DNA of 64,000 nucleotides from Bispira polyomma (lineage: Eukaryota): contig OZ287751.1 in the NCBI GenBank assembly GCA_965649765.1, forward strand, positions 68,882,001-68,946,000, written 5' to 3'. The position numbers were made by a program, and so were the translations under genes. A model generated the notes under the pieces. The model saw nothing but the letters and a program-made list of their open reading frames with translations. It ran no database searches and was not told the DNA's origin. Shown here piece by piece: positions 37,321 through 49,666 of the stretch (positions within the stretch are counted from its first letter, which is position 1; each line of letters begins with the position of its first letter).

Positions 37321-37485
37321 CTTCTTGCGTTCCTCCTCTTCATGGATGACTTTGTTCTGGTAAGCCAGCTCCTGGGCCCTGATCAGGTTTAACTGTAAGT
37401 AGATCTTTTCCTTTAACTTCTCAGTATCCTCTTCCTTCAGTTCCTGCTTCACAAGCTCCCAGTACCTGAAGCTCTTCAAGTTTTT
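37321..37485 (-). CDS. internal coding exon (55 codons, phase 0-0) of an unidentified protein with a charged, helical or coiled-coil-like segment: KNLKSFRYWELVKQELKEEDTEKLKEKIYLQLNLIRAQELAYQNKVIHEEEERKK
   Basis: Acceptor TGTGTTTTATTTCAG| at 37487-37486 and donor AAG|GTGAGA at 37320-37319. The 165 nt are open and a multiple of 3, GC is raised over the flanks, and the peptide looks protein-like. It lies within ORF 37243..37587 of the track. Confidence 0.85.
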
Positions 37486-38053
37486 CTGAAATAAAACACA
37501 AATGACACATAATAAGTATATGCAGCTGGGATCACAAAAATTACCAAAAACAACCAGGTGATCCAATATCACCTCCCTGGAGACCACACACCAGCACCCC
37601 CAGGTAAACCCACACAGGTAACGTGGTCTAAATACTCACACAAGTTACCTTTGAGGCAAATCCCACCAGATCTAGTCCCATACCAACAGCCCCCTGTTAA
37701 TGGACGTCATCTTAAAACAGTGCTACCCCAAAAATACCAAAACCCATAAAAACCATTGTGGATTTACACTTATTACACCTTATCTGTGATGTCACAGCTA
37801 AGAGGGGTCACAATGAAATGATGTCATCACCCACCCAGGTAACACCAGGTGATGACAGTGTGCCACCTGAGATTTTAAATCTCATTTGCCGGGATTGATT
37901 ACAGTCTAGGTTACCAAAATTTTACTAAGACCAAGTCATTCAAACACGGTCACGTAGCAAGTGTAACATGTGAATCAGGAAGTTGTTCCGATTAATTAGC
38001 CTTGTTACAAGTTATCATTACATTACTTGTAGGTCTATATTATTTACTATTAC

Positions 38054-38161
38054 ATTACTTACAGCTCCATATTGTTTACTATTACTTACAGCTCTATATT
38101 GTTTACTATTTTTTACAGCTATATATTGTTTATTATTACTTACAGCTCCATATCGTTTACT
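38054..38161. repeat. 27-bp minisatellite, 4 copies (TTACAGCTCCATATTGTTTACTATTAC)
   Basis: TTACAGCT at 38059, 38086, 38113 and 38140. Confidence 0.9.
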
Positions 38162-41100
38162 GACTATCCTTTCAAGATCAGGATCGCAAACCAAATAACA
38201 CACACTTTAGCAGCAATTCAACATTAAACATCTATGTCACAAATAAACTTCTTCTGATTATTGTTATTTTTTGTGTGTATTTGCAGTATTCTGACATTAC
38301 TCTTGCAACTCACGATGTTAATTGATTAATACATCGAGATACACTCTCACGTATCATCATTACTTCAAACTATATAACTAAGATTCATAACCTATTCTAT
38401 ATTTCAATTACGGTACTTCTCCACCAGCTAATCATTAATTCATAACACTCCCCACCAAAAAAATATCCCTGTCTTTGTATCTGCAAAAAGGAAATCAGAA
38501 ATAAAAGTGTATCGTTTACTTTAATCTTTTTTCGCCAGTACTGTGAAACGTCTCCTAATAGAATTATAACCCCACGTCCCCCCCCCCCCCCCCCCCCCCA
38601 AAAAAAAACAAAAAAACACTACTACCATTATTATTTATTTAATTGGTAGAATACTATTATATCTGAAACACATCAAAAATCATTTAGGTACTATTTATGG
38701 TTTCAAATAGACATGCTATGTTATGACTATTCTACATTAACCTTTATCACATTTCTCAAACCTTTTCTTCTGGGTTTTTAATCAAGGTTGCCTGAAGCCC
38801 CATTTCCTATAATATATGCTACACACAACTGATAGCCCAGCCGAGTGACATTTGGAAATTTAAAAAAAACACGTACTACGAATCTACCGACCTGATAAGA
38901 AGAGAAAAGTCTATGGTCACATAAAAATATCAAAGTTTCTTGTGCAAGATGAGGTTTCATCCTGCTGGATTAAAATGCTATTTCGTAAAGTGACAGACTG
39001 GCTTATTGTGATAATAGAAACAAAGGCAAAAATGAATCAAAAAGTTGCCTTTAATTTACAAACACTAAAATCACACACAACCGTATGATGTGCATAAAAA
39101 ATGTTGTGTTCAGAAGCATTTATTTAATTAATTAGACTCACAACAATGCTACGTTTTTATATTTATGTCAAATTAATATACCAGAAACTACTGGTACTTG
39201 CAGTTTACTACAGATTCATGAGTTATATTTACATCACAGTAATGACTGAAATCAATAGTACCATGGATGTATATATGGTCGGTTTATAAATAGAAATGTT
39301 TTAAGTAATTAGACTCAGGTTGCTGACACAGAAACCATTTAATAATGTAAGAGAGAATGGATGAGACATCATATACCAGAATTTGTCACCAGACTGGTAA
39401 TTAGACTCCAATGGTGGCCTTCAGTGTTTTGCAATAAGACACCTTCTACTTGTTCCACAGTGATGCTGAAACATCCTGCAAGATACCAGTTGAAATCTGC
39501 TACTTGGTAACATCCAAAAGGTCATGTATGCATGCCCGCTTAATGATTAAAACAGTCACTTCTCTCCTTGTAAAGTGATCCAATGGTAATTTCTGACTAC
39601 GATGGTGAACTAAGTAAAATGCATACTTCTGCCAAGGCACCACAATAACCAACAATAACAAAATAAATTCTTGGAATCACCCTAACATCAAGATCCTGAC
39701 TCTACAGATTATTCCTTCGACCAAGCTCTATCCCTCCAATAAATTTTATGCAAATCGGTTCACTAGTTTTATGTAATCCTGATGTAATCCTGATGTAATC
39801 CTGAGGATAAAACAAAGATACCAAGACCTTTAAAGAACCTTCTGTTAACTGAACTTCATTCTCAACAGTAATTCTAGCGTGTTCCATATGCCGCAAAAAA
39901 ATGTCTATATTTCATATGTTATTAAACCATTTTTATTCCCCACAAATTGCATCTTCCAAATAGGAAGTTTCTGTCAAATTACATAGAATAGGTGATGATT
40001 TCCTCTTTGTGCAAGTACATTATTATATTTTATTACCCAACTGACTCCCAAGGTCAAGGTATTCATATTCCACTGGCTTTTTTCTACAGATAAAGTTATA
40101 AACTTCATAGCGTCAATAAAAAGCATTTTTCAAGATGCATGTACTTTGAGCTAGAATCTGAATAGTGACTATATTTACTGTCAGTTTTAAACAAGCATGA
40201 CTGAATTACATGTCTATTAACAGCAGTATACAACAATAATACAAGACACCTTATATAATTTATATTCTCTAAACTTTCAAAAATTAACCTTGTAGAAAAC
40301 AAAGACAATTAAACAGTACACATATAAGTACATATTTAATAGGCTAGGTTACCTTGTCGTCCCGAATTCTCTCTTTGTCTATCCAATACAAAAGTAACAA
40401 TATTTTCAAACACCCATTAACCTTCACAACTTGCCAGCTAAAACACTTGTGAATACATCAATAGGCCAAATAACTTCAATACTTACTTATACATTTGCTA
40501 TATACAACCCAAAAACCTCTCTTTGTGAAAAGGTCAGATCTTCAATTAAAAAGAACCCCACACCCCCTGGGTGTCATTATTGGGTACGGGACTATATGAT
40601 AAAATATGTATTAAACTCATTCATCTCATTAGTCAGTAAACACATCTCTTCACACCTTTCCATCTTATAATGCACGCCATGTTATTTGCTACACACCTCT
40701 ATTTAGGTTTTGTCAACAGGAAAATTTACAATTATAAAAGATTGATGAACAAAAAAACAACAAAAAAGAGAACTTCAAGGGGAAACTTGAAGAGATGGTC
40801 TGAGGTGTTGGGGAAACTTTATTTGGAGTCTTTTGGTCGACACAATAATAAAAAAGGGGAAAAGATGAAAAAGTCCAATAAAACAGTGTCCGCAATTACA
40901 TCCACTTAAGCCTGTTGTCTGTTCCATGTCATCTGAGGCACAGTGTTTTGTGGGGGTAAAATTATATTGGGAGGGATTTGTGGCCAAAAAAACCCACACC
41001 ATTTACTGCAACTCTCCTCTGCTGCTGTATTTGCATCCAAGAAGTGTGTGTTAAGACACAGATGTACACATGACATCGGATCACCCTGGAAACCATCAGC

Positions 41101-41292
41101 AATCGAAAAAGTTTAGAGACAAAGCCTTAAACTTAAAGCAAATTGTTTATGTGAAAGAAAACATTTCAAGTGTTCTCAATATACAGATCAAAACATTTAA
41201 CTTTCTAATTATAAGTCTTGACAAATTCTCCGGGAAAAACTTGTAGCTGACCGCCAAACTGTAATGTTCAAAATTGTCTATAAGATTTTTAT

Positions 41293-41838
41293 AGCCCAGT
41301 CACACCTACACATGCTAGAGCTACGTGTGTGTGATGTTTTTAACTTTTTAAAAACCTAGTATAAACGTAGTAGAAGGTAATGCCAAAGTGAGGATCCCTG
41401 GTGTATTCGTTCCGTGAAGTTGCTTAACGAATGATATAGTTCCGAAATGTCTCCTTTTGGTCTGCTGTCACGATTGTTTCAAACTGTTTGAAATAATCGT
41501 GACAGAGCTCTCCGTTTCTAGAGAACGTCTCCACTCGTCTGTATAAGTAGCATAATGTAGCCGTAAGTAGTAAGATTGTCTCAACTCGTCTATATTCGTT
41601 GTACAACATTTCACTAGGTAGCAAAACACAGCAGAACACACTATTATGTAGCAGTATATTAGCTCTACGTAATAGTAGGTAGTGATATCCTACCAGTAAA
41701 GTGATCGATTTTTGCCCGTGCTTTATGTGTACAAGTACCAACATTGTCACAAAAATGTCACACAATGTCACAATCGACTGCACCTTTGTCAAAATGACGT
41801 CACTTTGATACGTTAGCCCGTGTAGGTGTGACTGGGCT
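41293..41838. mobile_element. non-autonomous PIF/Harbinger-like DNA transposon
   Basis: Perfect 19-bp TIR AGCCCAGTCACACCTACAC / GTGTAGGTGTGACTGGGCT and a CpG-rich interior. ORF 41424..41792 has no transposase motifs. Confidence 0.8.
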
Positions 41839-42390
41839 ATTCGTACCCTTGTATGTCAATTTAAATATATATTTGGGTTCTACGTCACTTGCAACATCTT
41901 AGGCCATATTAGGATTTGGGACGGTAAGATTTATTTGTGGAGGAATCCAGTACTATTTTTTGAGAGGCGAATGCGATTAATGCAAACGCTTTAATGGTTC
42001 AAAAGTTTACTTGTTGATGATTGGTTCCCATCTCATGTATATTGAAAAGGGACAAACTTGAGGGTGCTGATCGCTTATTTACATTCAGCGGAATCCAAAC
42101 ATACAGTTTTGTTGCTTAAAATCCATCAGCCAATTTGATCATCTAATCAATTCACCCTGGTCTTTAAATGTGTCTATATCATGATATATAAGCCATGTTT
42201 ATGTTTACATCATGAGAATTGGCCGAGAAATCCATCTGCATATTCCCCCCTACAAAAAAAGATCCATGCATCTTTTATACGGCACAAATATTCAGATCCG
42301 TCTTATTGGATTTGTTTTATGGTAAATGCTTATGATACGTCATACGCTTCTTTATACCTATAGATTATTGATTCATCATCATAATATTTA

Positions 42391-42986
42391 TACACAAGTG
42401 ACCTATTTTCATGGGCTTAAGAGTGAGCTACTTAAAAATGAACAAAACTAGAACTTTGCTGCATAAAAATGAACAAAACTAGAACTTTGCTGCATAAAAA
42501 TTCATCAAAGACTTTCGACTAGTATTTTTTATTATCTGTCTACTTTATTTGTACATAATCAGTACTAAAAATTAAGAATCTCAATACTTTTTACTTTTTA
42601 AAATTTAGCTCCAATAAATTACATTTTTAAACAGCCTCAAATAGAAGATCCTATTTTCATGGGCATTTATAATAAGAGCCGTAAATATTATTTTAATAAG
42701 CTGATATTTTTAATGAAACCAAAACTAAACTATTTAACATGATTAATAATAGATATTTAACATACCCAAAAATAAAGTGGTTTTAGTCACAGGTATTAAC
42801 TTAATTTCGTTTCTTATTAATATACTGATACAAGAACCATTTTCAATTGTAAAAATGCAAACATTACTATTTTATGAGGACATTTTACACACACCCTCCA
42901 CTTTGACACAGCTCACTAGCTGATCAGTTTCAGAAACACTTATCCACGAAAATAGGACACCCACGAAAATAGGTCACCTGGCGATA
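42391..42986. mobile_element. TIR MITE with repeated CCTATTTTC(A/G)TGGG subterminal motifs and an internal 31-bp tandem duplication (42433-42500)
   Basis: AAGTGACCTATTTTCATGGG at the left end versus CCCACGAAAATAGGTCACCT at the right end. Confidence 0.65.
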
Positions 42987-43304
42987 AATTCTACAGAATG
43001 TCTTGTAGATTTGTAAATCTTAACTACCTTAACATTGCCAGGCATCTTATGAAGTGCAACATCAGGATCAATAAACCATTAATCATAATCCTTAGACATA
43101 GCCAATTGGTGGTCATCAGTAGAGAATGTTGTGTTCAGTCATCAGGGATAATGGCCACAATGAACAATAATTATGTTACAACTTGAACTGGGGCACGGTT
43201 TACTAGTGTTTAAATAGTGTTAGGCACTGTCCTTGACTACACTACATTACAACCAAGTAACACATAGTCTTTACATAACACTGTAGAATTTGTTATACTT
43301 GTAA

Positions 43305-43485
43305 TACAGTAGAACCTCTATTATCCAAACTCCTATTTTCCAAATATTTGATTCTATGAAGTGATTTCTACTCTCCCAACTTCATGTTTTCATATTTTTT
43401 AGAGCTTTCTATTATGAGCTTTCTATTATTATACAAACAAAATTTGGCTCCTTCAACAAGTTTGTATAACAGAGGTTCTACTGTA
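43305..43485. mobile_element. MITE family A
   Basis: TA-CAGTAGAACCTCTATTATCCAAAC ... GTTTGTATAACAGAGGTTCTACTG-TA. Confidence 0.8.
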
Positions 43486-45420
43486 TTTATATACTATACC
43501 TTTTTTTTAAATCTACTTTTCATGAATACAATACTTTGCAAGTACATGTACATCTTTAAAATTACCACAATTTCCCAAGGATCATTGTGTATAAAATTTT
43601 AACAGTTTCATATCGTTGTGATAATTAAATTATTAGATTTAGTACATGTGTATCTCATTTCAACGACTGTAACATAAGTTATTAAAATAAATATTACAAA
43701 TTTTATAGCAATACTTTTTAATTACATGTAATCATTTGTCAATAAAATATTTATATTTCTCACACGAAACAGTCTTGCACCCCTCCCTAAAGTCTACTAT
43801 CCACCATTCCTATGATACATAACCCATCCAAATTCTGGCCCCAGTGAAACGGTATTTTAAGCATGTAATTGCTTTTTAAATGTGTTTATATATTCACCAC
43901 TGAACCTACTATGACATGCTATGGATATGCATTACATTACATTCACTCTTCCTAACAAAGATATAAATATTCAAGAACTTTAAAAAAAAAATATTTGCTT
44001 TGCCCCATCAGAGTATATGTCTGGCATATACACCCTCTCTTAGTATATATATTATGTCATAAACTCATAAATTATACTTTAAAGAAAGGAACCAAGGGTG
44101 TTTCTCAAGTTGCATATAAATTATAAAGCTATAAGAGTCTAGGTTCAATTTCAAAGAACCTTACACATTTAATACAGTAATTTTAGTGAGTTTTTTTTTT
44201 TCGTAACCTTTTTTTTTTTAAAACAACCATGTCATCAACGAGAAAAATACATTGGACCTGTTTTAGTCTTTAATAATAAAAGAAAAAGTTTGTTTATTTA
44301 GATTCTCATTGAACTTTCCCTAAGCCTGCCATTTCAAGCAAACCTAATTTAATAAACTTTTATTCAATTTACAGAACATATACTAACAATGAATGTACAT
44401 TTTTAATGAATTTTAAACATTTATAAGATGTTTTAGTAGACTTAATAAATATTAGTTTGCTACTCTACTTTTCGATTTATCTTTAGCTATTTAAAAACTT
44501 TATTGAAGTTTTTCTGATATAACTACCGGTAGTTCCATATATAATGTATGTAGGAAAGAAAATCAAGTTCATACAAGGAGCTGAAATGTCTAAAACAAGG
44601 ACAACTTACGGTAATCAAGATCAATATTTTTTCTGAAACTATCTGTTACATGTTTAGAAATTGTACGTCAAAGTTTATAAAATTAAGTGTGGTAAGAGTT
44701 AACCCTGTTAAGTCCAATCTGAAGAGACGATAGAAATGTGTTCTACTCAACAAGAATTGTACTTAACAGGGTAAACATGAATTAGAAATGTAGCAATGGA
44801 ACATAAAACTAACTTGTAATTAACAGGTGATTCCACTTATCATAGTTCTACTTAAAGGGGGGGGGGGTGACTGTATATGGAATTAGCCGGCGTATGTCCG
44901 GAGGTCAAGTATTCACCCAATTTTCTAACTGTTCGAAAACTATCAAAAATGAAAATGTACTTTTAATTCAGTGGTAGACTCTAACAATTTCTTAAACTAG
45001 TTCATGTAAGAAGCTTACTAGCAATTGTACTGTAGCATATTCCTAATAAGTTCACACCTTCTAATGCATTAAAAAGTCCTACATTAACCTTTTTTTGAGA
45101 TGCAAATTTGTCAGAAACACTTCCATACGGTGAAGCTTAAATTTTTAATTATCTCTTCTATAAAAACTTTAGTAACTTTTAACTTTGTAATTGAAAAAAA
45201 ATGCCCTCTATTTTGAAGGAGTTTGCACTTATCTCGGTGAACGTATTGATCACGACTAATCCTTCTGTCAATCATAAAGGATTTTTTTGCCATTGCTTTG
45301 GGGTTTTTCTGGCCTTAAAATTCACTACAACAAAAATTATAAGCGCTAAAAAAGTTTTATATAACAAAAATAATTTGTGTCATTTCAACTAACCATAATA
45401 GGAAAGGAATATAACAAACG

Positions 45421-45599
45421 TACAGCAAACCCTGTTAAGTAGAATCTAAAGGGACCATAAAAAAATGGTTCTACTTGACAGAACTTCTACTTACCAAGGC
45501 AAATTTTACTTAGAAATATAGCAAGGGGATTTTGAAATAACTTCTACTTAACATGAAATTCCACTTATCAGCGTCCAACTTAAAGGGGTTTTGACGGTA
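45421..45599. mobile_element. MITE family B (TIR approximately CAGTNNAACCCNNTTAAGT, TA TSD); related copies at about 1290-1420, 6160-6375, 15225-15570, 16341-16525, 44695-44875 and 61525-61700
   Basis: TA-CAGCAAACCCTGTTAAGT ... ACTTAAAGGGGTTTTGACG-GTA. The internal TTC(T/C)ACTT(A/G) motifs recur in all listed copies. Confidence 0.65.
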
Positions 45600-46632
45600 T
45601 GTAGATAAAGAACTATTACGGGTGTAATTAAAATAGGTTATTTGTCTTTGGTACCTCAAACACTGTACTCTATTTTCACAAAGAGAACAGAACATTAACG
45701 TCCACCCTAACCTATAATTCAAATATGTACACATTTCATTGGTATACTACATAATCTACATACTTATCCAATTATCTAGAAATCTATCCAAACCAGAGTG
45801 TCAAGCTAAACAAAAAGTAGACACCAGGAATATTATAGCACATTCTGTTATTCAGGGTATTCACAAATAGAAAAAGGTCTCTGTATTTACTTAGTCTTAA
45901 GCTTCAGATTTTAGTCTTTGTTTTGTCTAAAAAGGTTAACATTTTGGTCTTTAGTCCCAGCAAGGGTAAGAAAAGATCTTTGGTTAGTGTTAACTTCACT
46001 CTCTTCTTAACACTAAGACTAACAGTAGGTACATGTAGTCTTAAATATGTAAGACCTAAAGCTTCAAACTTAAAGGACTAAGACTTAATGTAAATACGAC
46101 CCCAGCATACATTTAGATAGAAATAGTGTTAAAGAAACTGGAGCCATCTTCACAAACATTCTTAGAATGCAATTCTAAGCCAATAAGATTAAAAAAATAA
46201 AGACTAAAAATCTTGGTGAATACCAGCCCTAGAGCCTGAAGCAAGGCTAGACATATACAACAGTGTTCTGTGGCTTTTATTTCTGGCCTTGACAGATGGC
46301 TGTGAACACATCTAAAAGAGACACACACTACACTTGTGTATACTAAGCCAGGATTATTGATTCTAAAAGACCACAGCCAGATGTTTGAAACCTTAACTTT
46401 AGTGTTTACTACCTCAAGTGTAAAATGTAGTCAGTAAACAACCCAGGATTGCCATTATTAATGAAGTGTCTTTCAAAGACGAAAACTTATTAACAGTTTA
46501 AAAAGAACTTTAATAGTGAATACAATTATATTGGTGTTTCTTTGGAGGCTTTTTTAAAGAATTAGCATATGCAATCCTTAAATTTTTACCTGATACCACT
46601 ACTAAAATTTTGAACAGAAAAGTATGATTATT

Positions 46633-46702
46633 TTGTGCGCCTTAGAGTCCCCTTTGTTAAGTGGAGATTAAACGCGATAAAAGTCTAATTACATTACATT
46701 AT
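46633..46702 (+). mobile_element. extreme 3' tip of the same LINE family as 671-926
   Basis: GTGCGCCTTAGAGTCCCCTTTGTTAAGTGGAGATTAAACGCGATAAAAGTCTAATTACATTACA is nearly the reverse complement of 671-737. Confidence 0.75.
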
Positions 46703-47252
46703 TCATTATACTAAAAGTAACTAATAAGGAAATGCATTGTCTTTTTCACATAGAAGTTAACCTAGAACTGACTTAATTAGCTCATATAAAATATGTCGAT
46801 GACAAAACCTGTCCATTAATTTTCTTGCATCTTATGCTACATTTTTATTTATCAAAGATCAGCTTGTTTTGATATTATGAAGTTACAACTATAAATTTGT
46901 GTGCATACTCTGGTCCCTGGGTAACAGTTTTTTAATATATTTACCATGTCTAAGGCCAGTGATACAACAACGCATGAAAAAACTTACACTATTATATCAG
47001 TGAACTATATCTTATTTGCTATAAAGTTGTAAATGTGCAGACACCTATCAGTGAAAACAGGGTTGGAGCTAGGATTTTTTAAAGTGGGATTTTGGGGACC
47101 CCACCTCCCATAAAAAGTAGGGTCCCGGAGTAGCTTCCATGCATCTGATAGATAATTTTCATTTTTGTGACAAATATAATTTAAAAATAATAAAATTTAT
47201 ACTATTTTATTTCCACACTTATCAAAAAACAGAATATAATAACACAGAATAT

Positions 47253-47437
47253 GAAAATTTAAGTCAAACACTACAAATTTAATATTGATACTTCTACATC
47301 CAAATATATAATTTAACATCAAACAAACCAATGTAAGCCATAAGATATAAAAATTCAAGTCAAACATTACAAATATGATATTTCTACATCCAAATATATA
47401 ATTTAACACCAAACAAACAAATGTTACCCATGAAATT
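47253..47437. repeat. imperfect tandem duplication of about 95 bp
   Basis: AAGTCAAACA...TTCTACATCCAAATATATAATTTAACA(T/C)CAAACAAAC occurs twice. Confidence 0.8.
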
Positions 47438-48479
47438 ATACTAAACATCTAACAAATAAGCTGTAGCTTAAAAAAAAAAAAATCCCCCCAAAAATAAGCT
47501 GTGTCTCAGTGGTGTAATTGGATAAAACAAGTCGATTGTGAAGCCTTATTGACCATTAAGTTACATAATTATAATATAAAATAAAGTTTAGGTACTTCAA
47601 CTGTGAATTAAATAAAGTTGGGCAATTTTCGTATCACCTAGGCCCTAACAGAATTTTGAGATTTAGAAACTACCCATTCAAAATGCCACGACCGGAAGAA
47701 CCAAATCAAAACATCAAGATCTGCCATTTTTACTAGATCACTAGAAACTGTGATTAAACTTCAAAATATTTAAAAATTAAAAAGGGAAAATGGCAATTTC
47801 TTACTTTCAAATAAAGTCTGCGTCCTAATGGACGCATTGTATGTTTTAATTTGCATCCGCTGACAAAAATTTCACGTTTTTAGATACTCGGACGCTGTAA
47901 GCGCGAACCCTGGAAAAGCTTAAGACATTAATAGATTGCCATTTCATTTATAGTGACAATGACTTAAAATTATAAAGGTGCTGTATGAAACAGTGCTAAA
48001 ATTTGTGTGATTTCCATCAGATATTGCATCAGTGTCAGTGAAAAATCAACACAAATAGCTTCCTTTTTTTTAAAGTACATAAATAGCACACTTTGTATGG
48101 GAACTTGTGCAGGTGTATCTATGAAATTCAATTTCTGTGGACTGTACAAAAAAAGCGTACTGTGCGATATTGTGTAGGTGTATTTCATTACTTAGTATTT
48201 ACCCACACTTTGTAAATTGCTAACTTTGTTGTCGAGATTTGTATTACCTGAATAATCCAGTTTATCACCTCATAGCCATTTTTTCAATAACGTAGGGTAT
48301 ATCCTATTGCATTATACAAATATCTCTTTTTTTACATATTAAGTGTTTATTATCTGAACAAGATGTTTGGATAAGAAAAGGTCCATATAAAAATTATCCA
48401 GTATCATTGTCACATCTATCACAAAAACCATTAAACAATACTAGTAAACCAAAGTCCATGAAAATCTCATTGCATGCAA

Positions 48480-48734
48480 GAATTTAAATTCAGTTGGGGT
48501 TTTTAGTTTTTTACACATCTCTTCAACAGCTCAATAGGTTATATCACGACAGGCCAGATTAAACGGCAGGAGTAACCAGGGCTAAAGCACTGCGAACCAT
48601 TCTCCAATGTACAACAAAAACCTGACAAACCTTTCAACATGTGAAGGAACAAACCGGATTTAAATCCACATTAGTGAGAGGCCAGTGATGCTGAACCTAA
48701 TACTTCCAACTACCGGCACTAGGCTACCGTGGCC
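48480..48734 (-). mobile_element. tRNA-derived SINE (family S1)
   Basis: Shares CACTAGGC(C/T)ACC(A/G)TGGCC, GAGGCCAGTGATG, CCACATT and TTCAACAGCT with 2690-2891. Confidence 0.7.
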
Positions 48735-49666
48735 TAGTACCCTATTACTTGGAATAACTTATAGAGTAAATCTTTTAATGTACAAATACAAAATAGACGT
48801 TTAAATAATGGGTCCGTTTAATGACTGCACTAAATAGGCCACCAAATAACATCAAGATCAAATTCACTGAACACAACTAGTGACAAACTAAATATATTAT
48901 AAACATGTCAAATGTTTATATTAATTATGAATCCTACCTTCTTCTTAGAACACAATTCATATGTATATACTTCTATGTCTAAATATCCCATAACAATTAG
49001 TGTAAGTCTATATTATATATTGATATACAAGGCATTCATCCCTACAACTGACACATACAGAAACTCCCAATAAATAAAACGTGATGTCTCTCTTTTTTTT
49101 GTATCAACAAAGTTAGCACCAACAAGCTTCTCACCTTTACTTATATAGTCACCCCTTCATCTGCCCATTTTTTGAAACATAACAATGCCATAAAGAATGG
49201 CCTCAATGGCCCTTTCTTATAGATTCTGAAAGCTTCCACATTTCTTACAAATTTTGCCTGTAGATCTTTTAATGATGACCCATTGTGAATTGGGGCAGTG
49301 GTGTCTCCCCCCCCCCCCCTTTCTGTCTTTCTGTCAAAGGAATCACCAAGCCTTTCATTGGTCATCTGTCTTTTGAAAACAAGGGGGTCTCAGAGATGGA
49401 CTTATTTTTGTTAAGTGACAAAGTCCCTGCCACTAAGAAGGAATTCAAATGTCAATCATTGAAATGTCTTATTATTACACAGAGAGACAAGGACAAAGAG
49501 ACTCTGAAGATTCTACACAAATTAACATATTTTTAAGTTCTTACTTTTAACAAAAGAAAACAATTCCACTTCAATATATACTTGAACAAATTAAAGCAAA
49601 AGGCTGACATAATCCAGTAATTAGCACACTTTAATCTCGAACTCACTATTACTCAATATTCAACTT

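Noticed and set aside
41424-41792. 122-aa ORF inside a TIR element as a possible transposase
   Set aside because: It has no DDE or Myb-like motifs, it is built from short internal repeats (YRRVET twice), and the element is too short to be autonomous.
49135-49365. 74-aa minus-strand ORF near a donor-like AAG|GTGAGA
   Set aside because: The ORF stops before the donor, there is no good acceptor, and the peptide is unrecognisable.
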